DNA of 64,000 nt from assembly GCA_035402765.1 (NCBI GenBank), contig DAONDX010000002.1, positions 1,173 to 65,172 on the forward strand, written 5' to 3'. The notes beneath the pieces were generated by a model. The model worked only from the letters and a program-made list of their open reading frames with translations, searched no databases and was not told the DNA's origin. Origin of the DNA: Candidatus Omnitrophota bacterium (GTDB lineage: Bacteria; Omnitrophota; Gorgyraeia; Gygaellales; Profunditerraquicolaceae). Of the stretch, positions 56,286-64,000 are shown piece after piece (position 1 is the first letter of the stretch; each line of letters begins with the position of its first letter). A program made the translations under genes and the position numbers.

Positions 56286-57164
56286 ATGACCACCGAAATT
56301 GCCAAGCATTATCAAAAAATCAGGAAAATCCTGCTGGTTGTGCTCATCTTAAACTGGGCAGTAGCTTTAGCCAAGATTCTTTACGGGTTAAGCAGCCGCT
56401 GTTTTAGCATGACCGCAGATGGCCTGCATTCTTTAAGCGACGGCACCTCTAACTTTATCGGCATCATTGGCATTCATTTTGCCTGTCAACCGGTAGATAA
56501 AGACCACCCCTACGGGCATAAAAAATATGAGACCTTATTTTCATTAGGGATAGCGGCGATGTTATTTCTGGTCTCTTTCAATCTTTTAAAAGCCGGCTGG
56601 CAGCGCCTGCACCAGCCGGTAGTGTTCCAAACCGACCTGGGCAGCTTTATCGTAATGCTGATTACTTTAGCGGTAAATTTCTATGTCATGCGCTATGAAT
56701 ACAACAAAGGTAAAGCCTTGACCAGCGATATTCTAATTTCGGATTCCCTGCATACCCGGGCCGATATCTTCACTTCATTTTCAGTTATTATTTCTTTAAT
56801 TGTAACTAAATTGGGATTTCCTTTAATCGACCCGATTGTGACTATTCTGATCGCCTTATTTATCGGATATGCCGCTTTTGAGATCGCCAAACAAAGCTCG
56901 GATGTCCTCTGCGATACAGCTGTATTTCTGGATGATCAAAAAGTTAAAGATGTGGTATTAAATATAAAAGGGGTACGCGCCTGCCACAAAATCCGCAGCC
57001 GCGGTAGGATTGATGATATCTACATAGATCTGCACGTCCAAGTCAACAAGAGCATGCATATGGAAGACGCCCACCAAATAAGTTATCAAATTGAAGAAGC
57101 GATTAAATCCGCTATCCCCGGAATAACCGATGTCATCGTGCACATGGAGCCCCAAGAACGCTAA
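56286..57164 (+). CDS. Cation diffusion facilitator (CzcD/ZitB-like) metal efflux transporter
   Basis: 6 TM; HSLSDG; C-terminal cytoplasmic domain. Confidence 0.8.
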   Translation: MTTEIAKHYQKIRKILLVVLILNWAVALAKILYGLSSRCFSMTADGLHSLSDGTSNFIGIIGIHFACQPVDKDHPYGHKKYETLFSLGIAAMLFLVSFNLLKAGWQRLHQPVVFQTDLGSFIVMLITLAVNFYVMRYEYNKGKALTSDILISDSLHTRADIFTSFSVIISLIVTKLGFPLIDPIVTILIALFIGYAAFEIAKQSSDVLCDTAVFLDDQKVKDVVLNIKGVRACHKIRSRGRIDDIYIDLHVQVNKSMHMEDAHQISYQIEEAIKSAIPGITDVIVHMEPQER

Positions 57165-57649
57165 AGATATTCAAGCGGATCAAGCGGAATGCCGTTTTTC
57201 CTTACCTCAAAATGCAAATGCGGAAGCATCTCTGCCGACCGGGCATTACCGGTTTTACCTACATTGCCAATCACCTGCCCCTGACGCACAAAATCATGGC
57301 ACCGCACCAAAATACTGGAAAGATGCCCGTAGATCGTAATAAGATTATCCCGGTGCCTGACAATTACATATTTACCCATGCCTCTATTCTGAGTTGCGCT
57401 GATGACTTCGCCGCTTTTAGCGGTATAAACCGGAGTGCCGACTTCCGCCAAAAGATCCAAGCCCTTATGGATCCTTTTACCGCTGCGGCTGGCGGCAAAT
57501 AAACCATTGCCCCGCTGATCATGGCGGATAATGATATCGTTTTTATATTTGATCGGACAAACAAAATACTGCTTATCGATCCAGGCCAGACCCAAAAACA
57601 CCGAAACGCAGATTACAATTAAAACAATAGAGAGGATTTTTTTAATCAT
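57161..57649 (-). CDS. M23-family peptidase (LytM-like)
   Basis: HKGLDLLAEVGTPVYTAKSGEV ... HLHFEV. Confidence 0.75.
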   Translation of the reverse strand: MIKKILSIVLIVICVSVFLGLAWIDKQYFVCPIKYKNDIIIRHDQRGNGLFAASRSGKRIHKGLDLLAEVGTPVYTAKSGEVISATQNRGMGKYVIVRHRDNLITIYGHLSSILVRCHDFVRQGQVIGNVGKTGNARSAEMLPHLHFEVRKNGIPLDPLEYL

Positions 57650-59127
57650 TTTTTCTTCTTTAATATAATTATTATAGCACAGGCGTCAAGTAGCCAACAA
57701 AAAACAATGAAAAAATCCCCATAACGGTTATAAAACGTACGTTTTGTTTTTGCTAAACCGATGCTCCGCGTAAGGTAGCCTTGAACAAAGATCTCTTTGC
57801 CTTGAGCATCCCGGACTACCCCTAAAATCCTGCCGGAGGGGTCAATAAACCCTGAAATTCCGGTATTAGCTGCCCGGGCTAAATATACGCGGTTTTCTAC
57901 CGACCGGAAAACCGAAGCGGCAAAATGCTGATAGGGAGCGCTGCCCTCTTTATACCAAGCATCATTAGTAATATTAACCAGGAATTTAGCCCCGCGCCTG
58001 ACAAATTCTCTGGAAAGCTCCGGAAAAAGATCTTCAAAACAAATCAGCACGCCGAAATCAGCAGGCTGCTTAAATATTGTATACTCTCTACCCGGCTGGA
58101 TATCGCCGATGGGAACAATTGTCTCTAAAAAAGGAAAGATATTCTTAAGCGGGATATATTCCCCAAAGGGAACCAAATGCAGTTTACTATAGAAAGCTGC
58201 CGGAGAACCCCGCTGATCAATCAATAAAGCGCTGTTAAAATAATCTTGATTGAAGCAAGCCACCGCTCCGATCAATAAATTAGTATGGAGCCGGCCGGCC
58301 AGTGAAAAAACCTGCATAAATTCTAAATCATCCCTGCCCCAAAGTCCGGGTACAGATGACTCCGGCCAAATGATCAATTCCGGTTCCTGTTTGGAAGCCT
58401 CCACCGTTAAATCCCGGTAGCGGTTTTGAATAAAAGTAACGGCGCGCTTGTCCCATTTTAAATCCTGATGGATATTGCCTTGAATTACCGAAATTTTGAA
58501 TTGTTTATGCTCGCTTGAGCCGTCCGGTTTACAATTTAGCCGCGTCCAACCGTAACCCAAAGATAAAAACAACGCCAGAGCGGCAATGCATAAAACTTTA
58601 ACCCGGCCGGCTTTGCGCAGAAATAAATAAAGCGCAACATTGATCAAAACCACCAGAAAACAAACGCCCCAGACCCCTGTAATATCGGCAATCTGGATAA
58701 CCGGTAAATTTTTATATTGAGAAAACCCGATTAAAACCCAGGGGAAACCGGTAAACAAGTGACTGCGTAAATATTCCAATAAAACCCAGCCGGACGCCAG
58801 AAAGAATAAACCCAGGCAAACCGGAAGAAAACGCAAGAAGTAAAATAGGCACCCGAAGAGCCCAAAATAAATAGCCAGATAAAAAATTAAAATTATCTGG
58901 CCAAGCAAAGTAACGTGGATCAGCCAATAAACGGTTAGGCTCCAAAAAACTATTCCGCAGAATAAAGCGATCAAAAATGCCCGGCGCAAAGATTGATTCT
59001 CCAGGGCAATGAACAGGGGGATAAAACTACACCAGGCTAATAACCAAAAATTAAAATTTGAAAAAGAAAAGGCTAATAATACCGCAGTTAAAATCGCTAA
59101 ACCCGCCGGGCTCATTCTCCGCAACAC
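57646..59127 (-). CDS. lnt: Apolipoprotein N-acyltransferase
   Basis: N-terminal poly-TM domain plus CN-hydrolase domain (ICFEDLFPE). Confidence 0.8.
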   Translation of the reverse strand: MLRRMSPAGLAILTAVLLAFSFSNFNFWLLAWCSFIPLFIALENQSLRRAFLIALFCGIVFWSLTVYWLIHVTLLGQIILIFYLAIYFGLFGCLFYFLRFLPVCLGLFFLASGWVLLEYLRSHLFTGFPWVLIGFSQYKNLPVIQIADITGVWGVCFLVVLINVALYLFLRKAGRVKVLCIAALALFLSLGYGWTRLNCKPDGSSEHKQFKISVIQGNIHQDLKWDKRAVTFIQNRYRDLTVEASKQEPELIIWPESSVPGLWGRDDLEFMQVFSLAGRLHTNLLIGAVACFNQDYFNSALLIDQRGSPAAFYSKLHLVPFGEYIPLKNIFPFLETIVPIGDIQPGREYTIFKQPADFGVLICFEDLFPELSREFVRRGAKFLVNITNDAWYKEGSAPYQHFAASVFRSVENRVYLARAANTGISGFIDPSGRILGVVRDAQGKEIFVQGYLTRSIGLAKTKRTFYNRYGDFFIVFCWLLDACAIIIILKKKK

Positions 59128-62039
59128 TTTTTATATTTTTTGCCTGAACCGCAAGGACAAGGGTCATTACGGCCGACTTTAGGCTGGTGGTGCACTTCTT
59201 GAGTTGATTTGGAAACTTGCGGCTGAAGGCCCTCACCCGACGGCAGGGAGTTTTGCTGCCCGCCGGCGGCGGAAAAATTAGCTGACTCCGGATGATTCAG
59301 CTCTTTAGGCACGGCGCTAAAAACCCCGCGGAATCTCTCCGGCTTAACTGCCTCTAATTTATAAATCGTTTGCACGGCATCTTCTTCGATCGCGCTGATC
59401 ATCTGGCTAAACATCCCAAAAGCTTCGCGCTTATACTCAATCAAAGGATCCCTTTGCCCGTAAGCGCGCAGGCCGATACCTTCACGCAGGCTATCCATCG
59501 CATAAAGATGATCCTTCCATTTGCTGTCAATAATCTGCAGAAAAACCATCCGCTCCAGGTTGCGCAATAACTCCTGGCCGATTAATTTTTCCTTATTTTC
59601 ATAAGCCGATAACAACTCCTGCGTTAATTTTTCTTTTATCTCTCCGGGGCCGGATTGATTAAATATTTGCGCATCCAATTGTAAACCAAAATTTAAACCG
59701 ATAAAACTAACCAAACCTGCGCTGTCTAAATCGGCAGTATCGGACTGTTTATAAATTTTTAAGTAGTCTTCCACCAGTTTAGAAATAATTTCGATAATAT
59801 TTTCACGCAGGGAGAATCCTTCTAAAATCTGCCGGCGTTGACCGTAGATAATTTCTCTTTGTTTATTCATTACATTATCGTACTCTAAGAGCTGTTTCCG
59901 GATTTCAAAGTTATGCTGCTCAACCCGGCGTTGAGCGATCTCAATTGAACCGCTCACCCAGGGATGCTCAATCACCTGGCCGTTTTCTAACCCTAATTTT
60001 TCCATTAATCCGGCAATCCGGTCAGAACCGAAAAGGCGCATTAAATCATCGTTCAACGACACATAAAAACGTGAACTCCCGGGATCACCCTGACGGCCGC
60101 AGCGGCCGCGGAGCTGATTATCAATACGCCTGGCTTCATGGCGCTCGGTACCTAAAACATGCAGGCCCCCTAATTCCACTACCCGCTTATGTTCCAAAAC
60201 GGCAGCGGATTTATAATGATCAAGAATTTTTTTATACTCGGCAAGATATTCCGGATCTTCCGGTTTTAATTTCTGCTTAGCCACATTTTTAGCGATAAAC
60301 TCGGGATTTCCTCCCAAGAGTATATCCGTACCGCGGCCGGCCATGTTAGTAGCGATGGTCACGCCTTTATAGCTGCCGGCCTGGGCGATAATCTGGGCTT
60401 CCATTTCATGATACTTGGCATTTAATACCTGATGTTTAATCCCCCGCCTGGTCAGTCTTTCAGAAAGCATCTCAGATTTATCGATCGTAATTGTCCCGAC
60501 CAATACCGGCTTGCCGGAATTGCTTAATTCCACGATTTCTTCAACTACGGCGTCAAATTTTTCCTCTTCCGTTTTATAAATACGATCCGGGTAATTCTTG
60601 CGGATCAAAGGCTGGTTCGTCGGCAAGACTACCACATCCAACTGGTAGATGCTTTTAAATTCATTGGCTTCGGTGAAAGCCGTACCGGTCATCCCGGCTA
60701 GCTTTTCGTACATCCGGAAATAATTCTGAAAGGTAATTGTAGCTAAAGTCTGATTTTCCCGCTCAATTTTCATCCCCTCTTTAGACTCCACCGCCTGGTG
60801 CAGGCCATCCGACCAGCGCCGGCCCGGCATAAGACGGCCCGTAAATTCATCAACGATAATTACCTCGCCGTCTTTAACCACATAATCCACATCCCGCTGG
60901 AAAAATTCTTTCGCCCGTAAAGCCTGGATCGTGTGGTGGCGGTATTCAATTGTCTCAAGCGCATGTAAAGTATCTACGCCCCACAAACTGGAAGCCTTGA
61001 TCTCTCCGGCTTCAGTTAAGGCTACGGTTTGGGCTTTCTCATCCGCCACATAATCAAAACCTTTGCCCAGATCAATCCCTTTATATTTTGCGTCAATCTC
61101 ATCGCGCTCGGTAACTCTGCGCCCGGTTAATTGCTCGACTATTTTTTTAGCGGTATAATATTTTTCCGTCGATTCCTCCGCCGGGCCGGAAATAATCAAA
61201 GGGGTACGCGCTTCATCAATTAAGATGGAATCCACTTCATCCACAATCGCGTAATAAAAAGGCCGCTGCACCAGGTCAGCGGTTGAATATTTCATATTAT
61301 CGCGCAGATAATCAAAACCAAACTCATTATTAGTGCCGTAGGTTATATCGCAGGCATAAGCAATCTTTCTTTCTTCATCCGACATATCATGCTGGATTGT
61401 GCCCACGGATAAACCTAAAAATTCATAGATCGGCCCCATCCAATCCCGGTCGCGGCGGGCCAAATAGTCATTCACCGTAACAATATGCACGCCTTTACCT
61501 AATAAAGCATTTAAATAGGCGGCTAATGTGGCAACCAATGTTTTTCCTTCGCCGGTGGACATTTCCGCAATGCGGCCTTCATGTAAAATAATCCCGCCGA
61601 TAATTTGCACATCAAAATGCCTTAAGCCGATCGTCCGGCGGCTTGCCTCCCGGACTACCGCAAAAGCCTCCGGCAGGATCTCTTCAAAAATCCGGTTACG
61701 GTTAAGTTTTAACTTTTCTTTTATTTTCTCTTTTTCTTCAGGCATCGCCACACTAGCCATCGCCTGCTGCAACTCTTTGGCTTCCGGCTCGAACTTTTCG
61801 GATTTAATTCTTAAATGTTCTCTGAAGGAATCGGTTTTAGCGGACAACTGGCTGTCGGTTAAAGCGCTTACCTGCTTTTCAAAAGAATTAACTAAATCCA
61901 CCAGGCGGGCCACCTCCACCATTTTGCCCATCGAAGGGCTGGGCATATCAGCGTGCAAAGTAAGCTGTAATTTAGGAAATCTCTTGCTGATCGAGGCCTG
62001 TTTATTTTTAAGAATAAATTTTTTAATTAACCCAAGCAT
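59112..62039 (-). CDS. secA: Preprotein translocase ATPase SecA
   Basis: DEAD-like motor motifs; C-terminal zinc finger [15 protein letters not shown]. Confidence 0.9.
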   Translation of the reverse strand: MLGLIKKFILKNKQASISKRFPKLQLTLHADMPSPSMGKMVEVARLVDLVNSFEKQVSALTDSQLSAKTDSFREHLRIKSEKFEPEAKELQQAMASVAMPEEKEKIKEKLKLNRNRIFEEILPEAFAVVREASRRTIGLRHFDVQIIGGIILHEGRIAEMSTGEGKTLVATLAAYLNALLGKGVHIVTVNDYLARRDRDWMGPIYEFLGLSVGTIQHDMSDEERKIAYACDITYGTNNEFGFDYLRDNMKYSTADLVQRPFYYAIVDEVDSILIDEARTPLIISGPAEESTEKYYTAKKIVEQLTGRRVTERDEIDAKYKGIDLGKGFDYVADEKAQTVALTEAGEIKASSLWGVDTLHALETIEYRHHTIQALRAKEFFQRDVDYVVKDGEVIIVDEFTGRLMPGRRWSDGLHQAVESKEGMKIERENQTLATITFQNYFRMYEKLAGMTGTAFTEANEFKSIYQLDVVVLPTNQPLIRKNYPDRIYKTEEEKFDAVVEEIVELSNSGKPVLVGTITIDKSEMLSERLTRRGIKHQVLNAKYHEMEAQIIAQAGSYKGVTIATNMAGRGTDILLGGNPEFIAKNVAKQKLKPEDPEYLAEYKKILDHYKSAAVLEHKRVVELGGLHVLGTERHEARRIDNQLRGRCGRQGDPGSSRFYVSLNDDLMRLFGSDRIAGLMEKLGLENGQVIEHPWVSGSIEIAQRRVEQHNFEIRKQLLEYDNVMNKQREIIYGQRRQILEGFSLRENIIEIISKLVEDYLKIYKQSDTADLDSAGLVSFIGLNFGLQLDAQIFNQSGPGEIKEKLTQELLSAYENKEKLIGQELLRNLERMVFLQIIDSKWKDHLYAMDSLREGIGLRAYGQRDPLIEYKREAFGMFSQMISAIEEDAVQTIYKLEAVKPERFRGVFSAVPKELNHPESANFSAAGGQQNSLPSGEGLQPQVSKSTQEVHHQPKVGRNDPCPCGSGKKYKKCCGE

Positions 62040-62050
62040 AGAACCCTCGT

Positions 62051-63149
62051 TTATTTGTTAGCGCTGAACTTAAGAAAAGCTTCGATAAAATCATCTAAGC
62101 CGCCGTCTAGAACCTTTTGGCTGTCTCCGGTTTCAAAATCCGTGCGGTGATCCTTCACTAAATTATACGGATGCAAAACGTAAGAGCGGATCTGACTGCC
62201 CCACTCAATCTTTTTTTTGTCTGAATCCTGTTTCCTTAATTCTTCGTCTTTTTTAGCCTGCTCTGCCTCATAAATACGCGCCTTAAGGATTTTTAAAGCT
62301 GTTTGTTTGTTTTGAAATTGCGAACGCTCATTCTGGCATTGCGCAATAATCCCGGTGGGAATATGCGTAATCCTTACCGCTGAATCCGTGGTATTCACGC
62401 TTTGGCCGCCGGCGCCTTTAGAACGATAGACATCTATCCGCAGATCGGTTTCCGGAATAACCAAATCTGCGTCTTCTTCTACCTCCGGGATTACATCCAC
62501 CGAGGCAAAAGAAGTATGCCTGCGCTTATTGGCATCAAAGGGAGAGATGCGTACCAAACGGTGTACTCCCCGTTCTGCTTTTAAATATCCGAAAGCATAA
62601 GGCCCGTCGATAACCAAGGTAACGTTTTTGATCCCGGCCTCTTCTCCGGGCAGGATATCGATGGTTTTTACGCTATAGCCGCGGCTTTCGGCAAAACGGC
62701 TGTACATCCTTAAAAGCATGCCGGCCCAATCGCAAGACTCTGTGCCTCCGGCGCCGGAATTTATGCTTAAAATTGCGCTGTTCTTATCCAGCTGGCCGCC
62801 CAAAAGCACCTGGAATTCCAGTTTATCAATTATTCCGGTCAGATCAGCAGCATTACCCGTTAATTCCGCAACCAACTCCCGGTCATCTTCTTTAACCAGA
62901 GGGGCCAGCTCAGCTAACTCCTGATATTTTTTATAAGCCTGTTCCCACGGTTCGACTGTTATTTTCAGGCTCTTTAATTCTTTAACTATTTTCGTTGAAC
63001 GGTCGCCATTATTCCAAAAACCTTCTTCGGACATCTGCTGATTTAAAGCATCAATCTTTTGTTTTTTATTGGCAACGTCAAAGATAACCTCTTAAGTTAT
63101 CCAGCCTAACCCCGATCTCATTTAATTTGCCCTTAATCTCTTCAATCAT
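62051..63149 (-). CDS. prfB: Peptide chain release factor 2, with programmed +1 frameshift at CTT TGA C (TGA at plus ~63078-63080). The listed 327-aa ORF is the post-shift segment.
   Basis: Upstream frame translates [29 protein letters not shown] lies 3 nt before CTT TGA C, the classic site. The downstream frame carries SPF and GGQ motifs. Confidence 0.85.
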
Positions 63150-63247
63150 CATCAGCTCCTTATCCACGAGGACAACACCAACGCGATACCAATGCGCGTT
63201 GGGTGTCGGATTCCTAAAGACAACACTTGATTTTCTATCTAATGACC

Positions 63248-64000
63248 TTACGCCTTCTTGATTCCCCGATAAGCCAGCATAAATTCCTCGCGGCTGTCAG
63301 CAGCTTGCGCGGCATCCTCTAAAGCCACCTTACCATCCTGCACTAACTTTACCAAAGACTGATTAAATGACCGCATCCCAAACACCGCTCCCTCTTCAAT
63401 AAATTGCGGGATTTCCCAAATCTTCCCTTCGCGGATCAGGCGGCTGATCGTAGGAGTCAATAACATTACTTCGTAGGCTGGGATTCTACCTGAACCATTC
63501 TTATTCGGCACCAGGCGCAAAGAAATTACTCCCTTTAATAAAGTGGCCAATTGATTTCTTACCTCTTGATGTTGGTGCGGAGGAAAAAGGTTGATCAACC
63601 TTTCTACTGTCTGAGAAGCATTGATCGTATGCAAAGTGCTTAAAACTAAAACACCGGTTTCGGCGGCGCTCAAAGCGCTTGAAACCGTATCATAATCGCG
63701 GATGTTGCCGATGAACATTACATCGGGGCTTTGCAAAGTAAAAGCCCGCAGCGCTACCGGATAAGAAGACACATCCAGCCCCAATTCCCGCTGGTTGATA
63801 ATTGACTGCTTGTCTTCGAAAGTAAATTCAATCGGCTCCTCAACCGTAAGCACATGCTTTTTGGCATTATTATTTATATATTCTATCATACTGGCAATGG
63901 TCGTGGATTTACCGCTTCCCATACTCCCGGTCAAAAGCACCAGCCCCCGGGTTTCCTGCGAAAGTTTCTTTAATATTTCCGCCGGGAGGTTTAACTCCTC
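63248..64000 (-). CDS. pilT: Type IV pilus retraction ATPase PilT/PilU-like; N-terminus beyond the window end
   Basis: LLTGSMGSGKSTT Walker A; Asp box; His box TLHTINA. Confidence 0.75.
   Translation of the reverse strand, partial: EELNLPAEILKKLSQETRGLVLLTGSMGSGKSTTIASMIEYINNNAKKHVLTVEEPIEFTFEDKQSIINQRELGLDVSSYPVALRAFTLQSPDVMFIGNIRDYDTVSSALSAAETGVLVLSTLHTINASQTVERLINLFPPHQHQEVRNQLATLLKGVISLRLVPNKNGSGRIPAYEVMLLTPTISRLIREGKIWEIPQFIEEGAVFGMRSFNQSLVKLVQDGKVALEDAAQAADSREEFMLAYRGIKKA

Noticed and set aside
61528-62061. 177-aa plus-strand ORF
   Set aside because: It lies entirely antisense to secA, a well-supported 975-aa gene. The same applies to the other listed plus-strand ORFs inside minus-strand genes (e.g. 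1116..1298 antisense in ftsH, 17109..17489, 23410..23754, 24594..24980, 45186..45473).

Overview
The window is 64 kb from an apparently anaerobic, diderm (Gram-negative-type) bacterium. I infer the lifestyle from the gene content: Rnf complex, hybrid-cluster protein, rubredoxin, superoxide reductase, flavodiiron protein, LpxL-like acyltransferase, Lnt, TonB-dependent receptor. Almost every gene between 3.4 kb and 43.6 kb lies on the minus strand. Coordinates were counted by hand and may be off by 1-2 nt in places.

Readily identifiable content, in order along the window:
- Partial enolase at the window start and an FtsH protease.
- purN and a complete rnf operon in the unusual order C-G-D-E-A-B.
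- tRNA-Thr and tRNA-Phe flanking a cold-shock gene and two tandem paralogous SGNH-hydrolase/TPR mosaic genes whose 3' ~315 bp are near-identical.
- A Na-dependent NSS transporter.
- A cNMP-binding / degenerate-ParA-like / patatin tri-domain protein.
- A GH1 beta-glucosidase.
- Housekeeping genes: uppP, nadA, mnmA, birA, iscS, a second csp.
- A long oxidative/nitrosative-stress island: nfu, trxB, grx, flavodiiron protein, tpx, a rubredoxin missed by the 60-aa ORF cutoff, superoxide reductase, hcp, and an Rrf2 regulator.
- An AmmeMemoRadiSam-type radical SAM gene fused in an operon with a PP-loop thiolase-like gene, without AMMECR1/MEMO partners.
- ZIP, BioY and CDF transporters.
- lnt, secA, prfB with its canonical +1 programmed frameshift, and a partial pilT at the window end.

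No CRISPR array, transposase or integrase is visible.

The most interesting signals that are not protein-coding:
1. A family of at least six 73-91-nt intercistronic elements. Each sits exactly between the stop codon of one minus-strand gene and the start codon (GTG in five copies, ATG at purN) of the next. Each ends in a conserved ...TTAAGAAAGAAGGTGCGCGGTG translation-initiation block, and most begin with the complementary GCGCACCTTCT, predicting a hairpin that sequesters the Shine-Dalgarno sequence.
2. A ~55-nt non-coding motif present in two unrelated 5' leaders (upstream of nfu and of a small PC4-like gene). It is conserved at about 85% identity, and the conservation is out of reading frame.
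3. Both csp paralogs are preceded by a near-consensus promoter that drives a ~70-100-nt transcript ending in a strong intrinsic terminator.
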